This document shows positions 23,970 through 35,618 of a stretch of 64,000 nt of DNA, piece after piece. The position numbers and the translations under genes were made by a program. The notes under the pieces were generated by a model. That model saw only the letters and a program-made list of their open reading frames with translations. It ran no database searches and was not told where the DNA came from. The stretch comes from Hyaloraphidium curvatum SAG 235-1 (taxonomy: Eukaryota > Fungi > Monoblepharomycota): contig JAIVFI010000030.1 of the NCBI GenBank assembly GCA_025558095.1, forward strand, positions 62,001-126,000, written 5' to 3'. Within the stretch, counting starts at the first letter, position 1. Each line of letters begins with the position of its first letter.

Positions 23970-25225
23970 CTATTGGAAGTTGCTTCCGCGAATGTAGGCG
24001 TCGTAGTCGCCGCCTTGGCGCCGCTTCCGTCCGCCAAGGCTGCGCGGGATGGCACCCGACGAGCGCCTGGCAAACTCCTCGAACCGCGCCCTCCGCTCCC
24101 GCCGCTTCTCCATGTCGACCCTCCTCTCCGCCGCCTCCTCCGCCGCGTCCTCTTTGGCAGCCTGCCTGATGGCTTCCTCGATCCCGCCCTCGGTTCCCCA
24201 GAGTCCCTCGAGGTCGTAGTACTTCCTGGCTTCGGGGAGCATGAAGTGCACCGTCGTGGGTCCGAGCTCCAGGACTAGCCAGTCTGCGCCCGCGCCGGCC
24301 GGCGCACGGACGAGCTTGTTGGTCACGGGGTCCCGCAGCCGGTCGCGCGCGCCGTGGAGGGTCGGGAGGGAGGGCAAGCAGTACTTGAACTGACGACGAA
24401 CGGGTCAACAACGAACTCTGGAGCCGGAACGCAGATCCGGCTCACCGTGCTACGGATCCGCGCCGCCATCCGGTAAAGCTGTCGACCCGAGAGACCCTCG
24501 CAGATCACGACAGTATCGACCGTCTCCATCTTGCCGCGCACGTCCAACACGACGACGTTCTTTGCGCTCTCCCGCTCCAGGAGCTCCAGAAGCTGTTCGT
24601 CCGAGTAGGACTCCGCGCGGACGATCGGGGCCCGCCCGGTCGGCGCGCCGTGCTCATCTTCCTCCTCGTCGAGGTCCTCCATCTCCACGTCCTCGCGCAG
24701 GCGAACACCAGCAGCCCGCCGTTCGGCCACGGACAGGTTCCGCATCCACCGGGGCACGAAATCGCCCTTGGTCTCGTCGTGAGGGAACGGCTGGGCCTCC
24801 TCGTCGCCGGCCACCGCGCGCGGCGCCGAAGCGATCGCCTCTGCTTCCAATTCGTCCGCGATCTTCCCGAGCTGCCTCTCCAGCTCCGGCTCGTCGAGGC
24901 GCTCCGCCGCCGTCTCCGCCGGCCGTCCCCTTTTGGCCGCCAGGTACCAGTCCGCGTCCGGGTCCTCCCTGTTGCTCTCCAGCCGCTCTATCTGGCCCTC
25001 GTGCCCTTCCTCTGCTCCTTCCTCATAGCCGCGCCGGTCGAGGGAGTCGACCTGCTCCTTGGCGAGCTTCCGAAAGTCCGTCGGCTCCGCGGCCGGCCGC
25101 ACGGTGACCCGGCGCTGCCGCGCGCCGACCGCCGGCGTCGAGGACAGCGCCCGCGCACATGCCGGTGAGGGCGGAGGCAGAGAGAGCGACGAAGCGCGCT
25201 GGACGAGCGCAAAGGCTCGGCGCAT
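23970..25225 (-). CDS. Mitochondrial ribosome silencing factor RsfS/Iojap/MALSU1-like
   Basis: AKNVVVLDVRGKMETVDTVVICEGLSGRQL and DWLVLELGPTTVHFMLPEARKYYDLEGLW; presequence-like N-terminus; one intron at about 24390-24446. Confidence 0.85.
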
Positions 25226-25430
25226 TGTGGATAGCGAGGTGCAAACAATCGCAAATAGTGGCGCTCTGGGCGGCCAGGCGGGGTTTGGAAGATTCAATCA
25301 TCAGGAGCCCTTCAGCAGGCTAAAACACATCTAGATTCCGAGCAGTGTCCCATTCACCCTTCCATCGTCATAGCCGGTTCGTCCCGCCGCTCAGGGAGGA
25401 TCAGCCCTGAGAACCAGCGACACCAGAGGC

Positions 25431-25817
25431 TCACTGGTCTAATAGCTTCTTGATGTCCTCCAGCCCCTCTACAACAAGGATGTACTTCCTCTCGCTCCCT
25501 TCCCCAGGCCCAGCGCTGTACTCGACCTGCTGCCTCCCATCGGGCCCCAGCACCGTCCTCGACGTCGGCGGATTCACCACTGTCCTCACCCGAACGACCC
25601 CGGAAACGACGACGCGCTGCCCGCGCTCGAAATCGTCGGGCCACGATCCGAGTCCCTCGATCCAGAGCTGCCCCGAGTCGTCCGAGGGGGGTAGCAGCAC
25701 CGGTCCCAACTTCGCCTCGAACGCGCGACCCTGAAAGGACAGGCGCGTCCCGACGCACGAATCCAGATCCCGGGGCCAAGCATCAGCTTCAGTTTTGCTG
25801 CTAGGTTGGCCCTCCAT
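25431..25817 (-). CDS. Hypothetical 128-aa beta-rich (OB-fold-like) protein, intronless
   Basis: Clean ATG-to-stop ORF with globular composition: GRAFEAKLGPVL, LWIEGLGSWPDD, GQRVVVSGVV, KYILVV. Confidence 0.6.
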   Translation of the reverse strand: MEGQPSSKTEADAWPRDLDSCVGTRLSFQGRAFEAKLGPVLLPPSDDSGQLWIEGLGSWPDDFERGQRVVVSGVVRVRTVVNPPTSRTVLGPDGRQQVEYSAGPGEGSERKYILVVEGLEDIKKLLDQ

Positions 25818-25918
25818 CGCTTCGGTCCTGTTCCGTGAGAGTGGTGCGGATTCAAACGCCGCGCGCGACGCGTGTTCTCGTCAAAGCTCCGCATCGCCGG
25901 ACCGCCGCACGCGTTCCA

Positions 25919-26983
25919 ATGGCCGAAGAATCATCGGAATCGCCGACCATGCCCCTGGATGTTCTGATCACGGGGGGTTCCGGGTACCTCGGCCAGTTCC
26001 TGCTCTCCAGGCTCGCGGGGCCGGATCCGCCGGAAGGACGTGTCGTCGGACGCGTCGCGTACACGTACACCGGGAACCAGCTACCTGACGATGCTCTTGC
26101 GCGACTTGCTGGACCGATTTCGGGCTTCCCGGTCGACTTTACCCAGCCCGACGGGGGCCGCAGCGCCTTGAAACGCGCGCTGTCGACGGCGTTCCCGGCG
26201 GGCACGGCGCGCGAGCGGAACCGGCTGGCCGTCGTCAACTGCGCCGCGATTTCCACGCCGGCCGTTTGCGAATCCGACTACGGGCGCGCCGCGGCGACGA
26301 ACGTGCCGGCGGGGTTGCTGGACGCGTTGCGTGACTTTGCTGAAGGCGTTGAAGGCAACTTTCCGTTCGTGGTGCAGCTCTCCACGGACCAGGTCTTTGC
26401 TGGAGATCGTTCCTGGTGGAAGGAGACGGACCCCGTGGAGCCGGTCAACGCCTACGGACGGATCAAAGTGGAAGCCGAAAAGCTGCTGCGCGAAAAGTGG
26501 CCCAGGGGAAGGCACGTCTCCCTGCGGTCATCGATCATCTACGGCCCTCAATCGCCCCTGGTCCCCGTTCCCCGGCCGCTGTTCCTGCAGTTCTGCGACA
26601 AGGTGCTGGGCGAGGGGAAGCCGACGACTTTCTTCGAGGACGAGTTCCGGTGCCCCGTGTTTGTCGGCGACGTGGTCGACATCGTCCTCAGCCTGCTCCA
26701 TATGGTCGCGGCCTCGGCCGACGGGTCGGTGCCGCTTCCACTGCCGGCGTACAACATGGGCGGCCCGGAACGGCTGTCGAGGGTCGACATGGCCGGCATC
26801 GTTGCGGAAGCACGCAGGTACTCCAAGGAGGCGATCCTCGCGGTGCCTTCCGCCTCGGTGCAGCGGGCGGTGCGAAGCCCCGCGGACATCTCCATGGACA
26901 CTTCCGCGCTGAAGCGCGACATTGGCGTGGCTCCCCGCAGGATGATGGACGTGATGCCGGAGGTGTTTCTTGATCGATCATAG
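25919..26983 (+). CDS. RmlD/MAT2B-like extended SDR (dTDP-4-dehydrorhamnose reductase family)
   Basis: LITGGSGYLG, VVNCAA, LSTDQVF, PVNAYGRIK (YxxxK), DEFRCP, SPADISMD; intronless. Confidence 0.85.
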   Translation: MAEESSESPTMPLDVLITGGSGYLGQFLLSRLAGPDPPEGRVVGRVAYTYTGNQLPDDALARLAGPISGFPVDFTQPDGGRSALKRALSTAFPAGTARERNRLAVVNCAAISTPAVCESDYGRAAATNVPAGLLDALRDFAEGVEGNFPFVVQLSTDQVFAGDRSWWKETDPVEPVNAYGRIKVEAEKLLREKWPRGRHVSLRSSIIYGPQSPLVPVPRPLFLQFCDKVLGEGKPTTFFEDEFRCPVFVGDVVDIVLSLLHMVAASADGSVPLPLPAYNMGGPERLSRVDMAGIVAEARRYSKEAILAVPSASVQRAVRSPADISMDTSALKRDIGVAPRRMMDVMPEVFLDRS

Positions 26984-27168
26984 AGTCTCGGTCCCCGCGG
27001 GATCAGACACTACAGCTCCAAGATGCCCGTTGCTGAGCTCGTCCAAGCATCAGACGCTGGAGCGCTCGAGACTGGGAAGGCAAACCTCGACCCCTCTTCT
27101 CCCCTCGATCCCCCGTGGTCGTCACCGCTCCACCGCACAGCCACAGGGGATCAAAACAGTGGAGAAAG

Positions 27169-30100
27169 ATGGCCGGCGCACCTCCGACGCCGACGGCGCC
27201 CGGGGCCGGCGGCCCGCTTTTCCGTGATTTCGGCAGCTCGCTGAACTACGCGTACCGCGACGAGCTCGCCGACTCGGACGACATCGGCGTGCCGTTCCAT
27301 TCCGCCGCGACCGGAGGTTCTTCCCACACCCACAGCCGGCGGCCATCGTGGGACCCGTCCGCCGACGCCGGCGTCCGCAACGAAAGCCAGAAATGGGCTC
27401 GCGTGGAGCTCGAGATGGCCCCGCGGCGGCGGCGGGCCAGCGTGGCGCCCTCGCGGTCGCGCGACGCGTCGCAGGAGGCGCCGTCGCTGCGGGCCTCGCC
27501 TCGGCCCTCTCCGCGGCCTTCCGGCGAGGGCGATCTCGGCGATGGGGGCAGCTCGCGGATCGTGTCGGACACGGCCGGCCTCACCGAGGCCGACAAGGAC
27601 GAGGATGTTCCCCCCGACGATGCCGCGGACGTCAAACGTGTGCGGTTCGACATCCGGGACGTGCCGAAGAAGGTTTTTGGATACCTGTATCTGCCCACGC
27701 TCGCGTTCCCCATCTCCCGCCCCGGCCCGGGCGCGGGGAAGGAGCTGCTGCGGAGCCTCCCCGCGGTGGCCATCGTGGTCCTCGTGAACATGCTCGAGGC
27801 CGTGACCTTTGGCGCGATCCTGTTCCCGAAATCGCTGCCCAACTCGGAGGTCCTCGTGTCGGTCGGCGTGTTCCTCTACATCCTCTCGTGGGTCTGCCCG
27901 TACACCGTCGCCTCTTCGTCTCAACCCCGTTCCTGCCAAAGCCAAGTGACCTCCCAGACCGCCTATCTCCTCTTCTCCGGCCTCGCTGGCGGCATCGGTA
28001 CCCAGATCGTCGAGATCATCCCGTCCCTCTGGACCGTCGCCGCCGGCCTCGCGGCCTTTTCCGACGGCGCGCTGCAGGGTCCGGCGCTCGTCAGCACGGT
28101 GCTGTTTGCTTACCTGCTGGGCAGTTTGATGACAGGGGCGGGGTTCATGCTGCTGGGGATCTTCAGGGCGGGTTTCCTAGTGACCTTCTTCCCCAGGCGT
28201 AGGCAACCCTTTGGGCAGCGCCGGATGGACTAGTTCTGACCGTGCCTCGGGCGGGTAGACGTTCTCATCGGAGTCATCGGCGGTATCGGCGTCTTCCTCT
28301 TCAAGACGGCGCTGGAGGTCCTGGCCAGGATCGAGAAGCTCACCTTCGGCACCGTGCCGGAGCTGTTCCAACCGGCCAAGCTCGTGGTGTGGAGCATGGG
28401 TCTGATGTGGGTTGATTTTGCTTCATTTCCGTCCATTCTGTCGACGGGCTGCTCATGTTGCTTCGCCGCAGCACCGCCGTCGTGCTGATGCTCATGCAGA
28501 CCAAGATCCGATGGGACGGCCTGATGGCGGTCTACTACCTCGCCGTGTAGGTGCCCCTTCGCCCCTCCAGGCCTGTTCGACTGACGTCCTCCAAGTATCG
28601 CCCTCTTCTACGTCGTCGTCTTCGCCACCGGCACCTCCTTCGACACCCTCCGCGCGGAGGGCTGGCTGTACGACCTTCCGCCGTCGCAGGGGATCAAGAA
28701 CCCCTTCCCGGAGTACTACTCGCTCATCAACTTTTCTGCCATCAACTTTGACGCCATCGCCTCGGTCGTGCCGGGCCTGTTTGCCCTGACCTTTTTCGCC
28801 ATCCTCCAAGGTGGGCCCCGCGCGCTTTGGGATTGAGTCCTCGGCCAACCCTGGTCCCCAGTGCCCATCAATATCCCGTCCATCGGCGTGACCCTCCGCA
28901 AGGACGTCGACATGAACCAGGAGCTCGTCGCCCACGGCGTCTCGAACCTCATCGCCGGCCTCACCGCCACCGTGCCCTCGTACCTGACCTACACGACCAG
29001 CGTGATATTCTACCGCAGCGGCGGAGGGGGGACGAGGATGTCGACGGCCATTTTGGCCGCGTGCGAGTTTGCGCTGCTGTTTCTGGCGACCGAGGCGGCG
29101 CTGTACGCACCGACCATCATCGTGGGGAGCATCAACTTCCAGATGGTTGCTTGCCTCGTCCGGCTTGATGTGGTGCTTTGCTGACGCGGATTCATGCCGC
29201 ACAGGGTATTATCCTCGTCAAGGAAGCTCTGTTCGACACCTGGTCGAGCGTCAACCGCTACGAGTACCTCACCATCATCGTCCTGATGGCGGTTATGGTG
29301 TTCTTCGATTTCACAATCGGAGTGGCGGTCGGCATCGGCCTCGCCTGCCTCTCCTTCGTCGTCTGGCACGGCCGCAAGGGCGCCGTGCGCGCCGTCCACG
29401 GCGGCGAGGACGTCCGCAGCACCGTCGTCCGCCTCGAGATGCAGCGCCGCGCGCTGGAGAAGGAGGCCTGGCGGATCGGCGTGGTGCGGCTCGAGGGCTC
29501 GCTTTTCTTTGGGAACATGAGCGGGTTCGAGGCGGTGGTGAGGGACGTGGTGTCGGGGCAGTGGAGGCTGCAGTTTCTGCTGTGCGATTTCAGCCACGTC
29601 GCGGGGGTGGACTACTCCTTCACCTCGATGCTGCTCAAGGCCAAGCGGAACCTCGGGTGGGCCACCTCGTTCTCGTTTGCCCGCGTAGCCGCTGACCGAT
29701 GCCGCGCAGCAACGCCAACGTCCGCCTCATCACCATCATGCGCTCGGAAAAGGGCGCAAAGCAGTTCGAGCGCCTCGGGGTCGTCGATGCCGAGGACGGC
29801 CCGCTTTCGAGCAAGAACTTCACCACGCTCGACAGCGCGCTCGAGTGGTGCGAGAACGAGATCCTGCGGGCGCGGTACGAGGCCGCCGAGGCTCGCAGGT
29901 CGGCATCCGACGGGTTGCGGGCTTCGGTATCCGGCGACGGGAAGCACCAGGTCGCCGTGACGGTGGAGCCCGAGTCGCCCGTCGTCGAACGGGCGCCGAC
30001 GCCCATCCCCGACCTGCCGCAGCCGGCGGGTCTGCTGTTGGAAGCGCTCCGGCAGGTGGAGCCCGACTTTTCCGAGGAGGCCGCGCTGGCGGTTGCCTCG

Positions 30101-30472
30101 CGGTTCGAGAAGGTGGAGCTCGTCGACGGCGAGGTGCTCTATTCCCGCGGCGAGGAGAGCGGCAAGTGCTGGCTCATCGAGAGCGGCAGCCTGTCCTCGA
30201 CGGTCGACCTGGACAATGAGCGCGGGCCGCTCGTGGTTGCCACCTTCCTCCCCGGATCGGTCGTCGGCGAGCTCGAGTTCTTTGCCCAGGCCCGACGAAC
30301 GACCACCGTGGAGGCCCTGGAGCGGACGGTCCTCTGGGCGCTGCCCTGGGCCAAGTTCGAGGAGCTGCTGTGGCACGAAACGCTGCCGGGCAGCGGCTTC
30401 ATGCGGATCGCGCTCTCGACCAGCGTGACAAGGGCAGACGGATACGTCTACCAGCTGAACGTGTTGACATGA
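27169..30472 (+). CDS. SulP/SLC26 transporter with STAS and cNMP-binding domains (Vsb1-like), multi-exon
   Basis: TM core with PINIP and DMNQELVAHGVSNLIAG; STAS RLEGSLFFGN...DFSHVAGVDYS; LDSALEWCENEIL; cNMP PGSVVGELEFF..RRTTTV. The start could be upstream at 27023. Confidence 0.9.
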
Positions 30473-30619
30473 TTTTATGCAACGTATCGCCTTGCGCAGG
30501 CCAGATTGCGGTGTGGCCCGGCCGGGCGGTGTCGGGGGTGCTGTGCCGCATGGCCCTTGGCCCTTCCGCTACTGTCGATCGTCAGCCAGTCTGCCGCAAC
30601 AACCCGCAAAGCACAATAG

Positions 30620-32830
30620 ATGGGCAGCGGTGCGGCCCTGGCGCGGACGTGCGCGTTTGCGATCGTGCTCCTGGTGCTTATCGCCGGGCATGCGGCGGCC
30701 GCGGAGCGCGCGGGGCGGCGCGCCGACGCGCTGGCCGGACGCGCCGCGGAGGGTCCGCTCGGCGGGGCAAAGCCCCACGATCTGCTTCCGCGGACCCATG
30801 ATGAGCATTTTGGTGAGCGCGAGACAGATCTTTCGATTCCAGTTGCTGGCACGATCTGCGGCGGGCTGCCGGCGCGATGGGCTGGCAGTGACGGCGATGC
30901 CGCGCGGCTTGCCACACCGGCCAATGCCAAGCCGGCCACCAACGAGCGGGCCGAATATGCATGCGGACACCGTACTCAATCCATTCTCTTCCCAGCGCCC
31001 ATGCGGCCGCAGCCGGAGCGCCGCCGCCTCCTCCCGCGGCAGGCGGGCGCGGTCTTTGTCGCCGGCCTAGCCTTCCTCGACTCCAACCGCAACCGCAAGT
31101 TCGACACCAAGAAGGATTCGGTGCTCAAGTCCACCGCGTTGCTCATCGGCAGGGAGACGCCCAAGTTCGTCCAGCTGGGCACGGCCACGACGGGGAGGGA
31201 CGGGCGGTTCAAGTTCACGTTCAAGAAAAGCCCCGGGGCCGTCCAGCTGGTCCTGCGCCGGAAGTCCGTTCCCAACGAGAACGTGGTCCGCTTCAAGCTG
31301 GTCATCCCGAAGGGCAAGACCACGTTCAGCGTCAACGCGCCCGTGCAGCCCCCGGTGCCCAAAACGACGACGAAGCGCGGCGGGAAGGCGGTTCCGACGA
31401 CGATAAGGAAGCTGGTGAGCGGACCGGGTGCTAGCTTCCCAAGCTTCCCTCGCTCATAGGTCCTTCTCTCCCTCAGACCACAGCCGCACCCGTGCCGCCT
31501 CCTCCTCCGCCTCTCCCTCAGACCACAGCCGCACCCGCGGCGCCGCCGCCGCCTCCGCCGCCTCCGCCGCCTTCGCCGCCTCCGCCGCCTCCGCCGCCTC
31601 CTCCTCCTCCGGTCAGTGCTGCATTTTCCCCCCGAATGCGAGCACCACGTCACTCACGTCTATGGCGTCGCCCGCTTCTTTTCCTCCGCACTTTCTCAGC
31701 CGACACCTCCGCCCCCTCCGCCTCCGCCAAAGGTCCTCCCGTTCGGCGTGAGCTGTGCCTATTGTCGGAACCGTCACTGTTTGCTGACCCCTCCCTTCCA
31801 GCACCCCCTTCTGAGCGGCACGACGCGCACCTACTGCGCCTCTGGTCTTCCCAGCCTCACCTCCTCCGCCGCGCCCCTCTCCAACCCCACCTTCCTCGAC
31901 TACACCATCGACGTCCTCGCGTTCGGCAACCCTTCGCGCATCAGCGCCGTCCTGGACGTTGCGAGCAGCATCTCCGACGCACGCTCGTTGCTCGTGTCGG
32001 TGCAGCGTGTGTACGACAACAGCACCGTGGCCCTGTACAACGGCACGAGCGTCAACTGCGGCGGGGTGAGGGCCAACATGTCCTTCTGGGACAATTCGTC
32101 GCTGCCCCTGGCGCCCAACCTGTGCGGCGACGGGACGTACAGGTCCGCGGGTTCGAATTCGACGGTGGGGTTCAAGAACTCCTTCAAGAACGACTTCTAC
32201 GGGGACTTGAAGTTATCCATCGAGATCGGGCCCGGGTCGGGGTCCTTTTCGATCACCGTACACAGCTTCTGCCTCGTGGTCGACTACGAGACCCTGGTGA
32301 GCTCTCTTGTTCCGCGGCGAGGGGAGATCGGACACTGATGTCCGCGGCAGACGATCCCGGCCAATGCGGACCCGGCCACCGTATGCTACCCCGGCACCGC
32401 GGCCCTTCAGGACGCCACGAGTCCGACCAACTACGGCCTGACCCGCATCAGCGTCCAGGGCCCCAACGTCCGGGTGGACAGCCTCAGCGTGGTGCTCAAC
32501 GTGACCCACGGCCGCCTGTCGGACCTGGACATCCGTCTTGGCCCCACGCAAGTACCCAACCTGTACGTGGCGCTGATGCAGAACCCGGGAGCCCCGGTCG
32601 ATTGCGCGGCCGGTGCCGGAGGGGCCGGGTGGTGGATCAAGGACAACGGGGACACCGAACTCCAGAAGCCCTGCGACGGCTCCTCAAGCAAGTACCCCAG
32701 GGAGGCGCTGGCAAACCTGTACGGGGCGCCGGCATTGGGAAACTGGACGCTGACGGTGTACGACCTGGTCGCGGGCACGGCGGGGCAGATCGTGCGGTGG
32801 TGCCTCTACTTCAACGGCGCCACGCCCTGA
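30620..32830 (+). CDS. Secreted modular protein: SdrD-B/prealbumin-like domain, Pro-rich linker, two proprotein-convertase P-like domains
   Basis: Signal peptide; GLAFLDSNRNRKFD...ATTGRDGRFKF; poly-Pro; VVLNVTHGRLSDLDIRL...GNWTLTVYDLVAGTAGQIVRWCLYF; several introns. Confidence 0.7.
31465..31612 (+). repeat. Low-complexity repeats encoding poly-Pro: duplicated ctctccctcagaccacagccgcacccg plus (CCG/CCT)n
   Basis: Direct inspection. Confidence 0.8.
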
Positions 32831-32982
32831 TGGATACCATGGAACTCTTATGCATTGGATGTTTGTGCTTGGAATTGAGTAGATGTGCATCGTTTGCCTT
32901 CTAGTCACGGGCAACTCCGACGAGTCCAGTTCGCTCGCGAAGCCTCTCAAACAACGCACTTCGGCGGCTCCCGGCCATCGCG

Positions 32983-35494
32983 ATGGAGCCACGTACGGCG
33001 CCGCTGATGAGGGTCGACCTCACCCTGAGCTCAGACGAGGAGGAGGAGCGCCCGCCGCCGAAGCCGAAGGGGGGGACCGCGGCCCCGGCCAACACGAAGG
33101 TGTCGGAACCGCCGGTGGTCATCGACGAGTCGGACGACTCGGGCAGCAGCCTCGACTGGAGCGACTCGGACGAGTACTACGCGAGGCCGGCGAAGAAGAG
33201 GCCCCGGAAGGCATCCCCGGCCGCACCCGTGGCGCTCGTCCCCCTCGGACCCCGGCCCGCTCCCAGCAGCCTGCTGTACGCAAAGCGTGGGTGTGGATTT
33301 TCTCGATGTCCGAGGGGTCTCTTGACTGTTCTTTCGGCCCCCAGCGGCGTACCAAGATGGCAGCCGAGTCCCCCGGCCCAAGCCCAAGCCGGCGCCCCTC
33401 GCCACCCCTCCGCGGCCAGCCCCACGGGCATACAGCCCCTTCGACGAGGACCCCTTCGACGAGGACTACTCCTTCTCCCCGCCACCCCGCTCGCCGCCGG
33501 CCGACCCGTTCCTCACGGAGCGCGTGGAGCGCCTTCCCAACAGCAACTTCCACTACTCGACGCAGCCCGGCCGTCCGCTGGACCCGGAGCACGCGCGGCA
33601 GGCAGCCGAGATCTACGGGATGTTTTACCGGGGCGCGACGGAGGGCGAGGCGGGGTACAAGATCGCGGCCATCGAGTTCCTGACCGTCTGGGGCGTGCTG
33701 GGCAAGTTCGACGCGTGCAGGACCAAGTTCCAGAAGGAGGGCAGGGGGACGGAGATGATCACGGTCTTTCACGGGACGAAGCCCCAGAACGTGGCTGCCA
33801 TCGGGAGGGAAGGATTCAAGGTGGGCAGCGCAGGTTCGAGGTGCTCTTTGCACCATTGACTTTGGTGTTTGCCCACAGATTGGCGGCGTGGACGGTATTC
33901 CGGCTCTGAACGGACAGGCATACGGCATCGGAGTGAGAAACTGTTATCCTCGTTTGGCTAAAAACTGTCGTTGATCTCCGTCTCGTCGCAGATCTATGCT
34001 TCGACCAAGCCTGAAGCTCCCATCGGATGTCAGTCCTTGCGCTCTGCCCTTCATCGTCCCTCCTGACCCCCTCCGTGTAAAGACGCCTTCGGCAGCAACG
34101 CCATCATCGCTGCCGACGCCCTCCCCGGCCGGACCGCAACCTACGGGCACAAACATGGCAAGCACGGCCGGACGGTGGCGCACAGGATGGGGCCGACGTC
34201 GCACGAGGACTCGCTGCATATCCCGTCGAGCGACTGGTGGGTCTTCAAGGCCCCGGACCAGCTCTGCCCCCGTTACGGTTGGTGTTGAAACGTATCGATC
34301 GCCGGGTCTTTGGAGACTCATCTGCACTCCTTCGACAGTCGTCTACTTCGAGCCCACGGGCCGCGCTGTCCCTGGAATGGCGGTCGTCCCCCCGGCTCTC
34401 GCCGGCGGCACAGGGTCTAGCGCGTACCTCGCCAACCTGCTGGCCCAGGCCAAGCAGAAGGTCGCGACCCTGGGGGTTCCCGTTCCCGGCTTGGCGGCAG
34501 CTCCCTACGGCAACCTCCCCTATCTCGCGGCCGGACCTTCGTACGCTGCTCTTCCCTACGCGCCGCCGCTCCCGCGCCCGAGGAAGGGGAAGCACCGCGT
34601 GCCCTACCTGCCGGCCCAGCTACCTCCCGCCGCGTACCAAGCCCCACCCCCGCCCACGCTCCCTGGCGCTTTCCCCTCCAGCCCTCCCCCCCGCCCCCGC
34701 AGCCCCACCCCGCCCGCCGCCGCCGTCCCCGCCGACGTCGAAGCCGCGCTCTCGGCCTCGCTGGACGACATCCAGCAGCCCTCGCACGCGACGCCGCAGG
34801 CGACCAGGGCGATCCAGAGGCAGCTGATGCGGATCGTGGCGTCGCAAATGTCGGCGAGGAAGGAGGGGGAGGGAGGGGTGGTGCTGGACGTGGAGGGGAT
34901 GCAGAACCTGTACCTGTGGCGCGTGAGGTGGGTTCGCGGGCGAGGCGTGGTCGGTCCAAGGGGCTCACCTGGTTGACATCGTGAACCCAAAGGTTCACCA
35001 ACTTCGACCCTAACACCAGCCTCGCCCGTGACCTTGCCTCGATCGGCCGGAAGCACGTGGACGTGGAGCTGCGGTTCGGCCCCGAGTACCCCGAGCGCCC
35101 GCCCTTCATCCGCGTGGTGGCGCCGCGGTTCGTGCCGTTGGTCAACGGAGGAGGCGGGCACGTCACAGCGGGGGGCTCGGTGTGCTACAAGAAGCTGACG
35201 GTGGGAGGGGACGGGAAGGAGAACTGGTGGGTGTTTCGGCGAACCGGTTGAGCCACATCTCAGCCCGTAGCCATGAAAATCCACAGGTCACCCAACACGG
35301 ACCTCGAGACCCTGCTCCTCGGCATCCGCGAGGGCCTCCTCTCCGGCGAACCCCCGGCCCGCGTGGACGTGCGCAACCCGACCGGCACGTACGCTCTCAA
35401 CGAGGCCGTGGCGGCGTACGACAGGACGATCATGATGCACGCGCATCAGGGGTGGGGCAGGGACGGGAGGATGGCGTCGTGGGTGTACAAGTGA
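32983..35494 (+). CDS. PARP-like ADP-ribosyltransferase domain fused to a UBE2Q-like ubiquitin-conjugating domain, multi-exon
   Basis: ART part: VFHGT..NV..I...GF, NGQAYGIGIYAS, WWVFKAPDQLCPRY. E2 part: NLYLWRV, RFGPEYPERPPFIRVVAPRF, GGGHVTAGGSVC (active Cys), YALNEAVAAY. Confidence 0.8.
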
Positions 35495-35618
35495 GGCGCG
35501 GCGAGGCGCTGAGGGCATGACTTTGCGGACCTGCGTTGCGAGGACTTAGACGGCGGATGATTCTGCTTCGGATTCAATGGATTACTTTCAGCTGCAACCG
35601 TGCTTCTTGAGACCATGC

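Noticed and set aside
21196-26983. Bacterial operon or contamination, given the close spacing and bacterial-type enzymes
   Set aside because: Genes carry spliceosomal introns and organelle-targeting signals and have mixed orientation.
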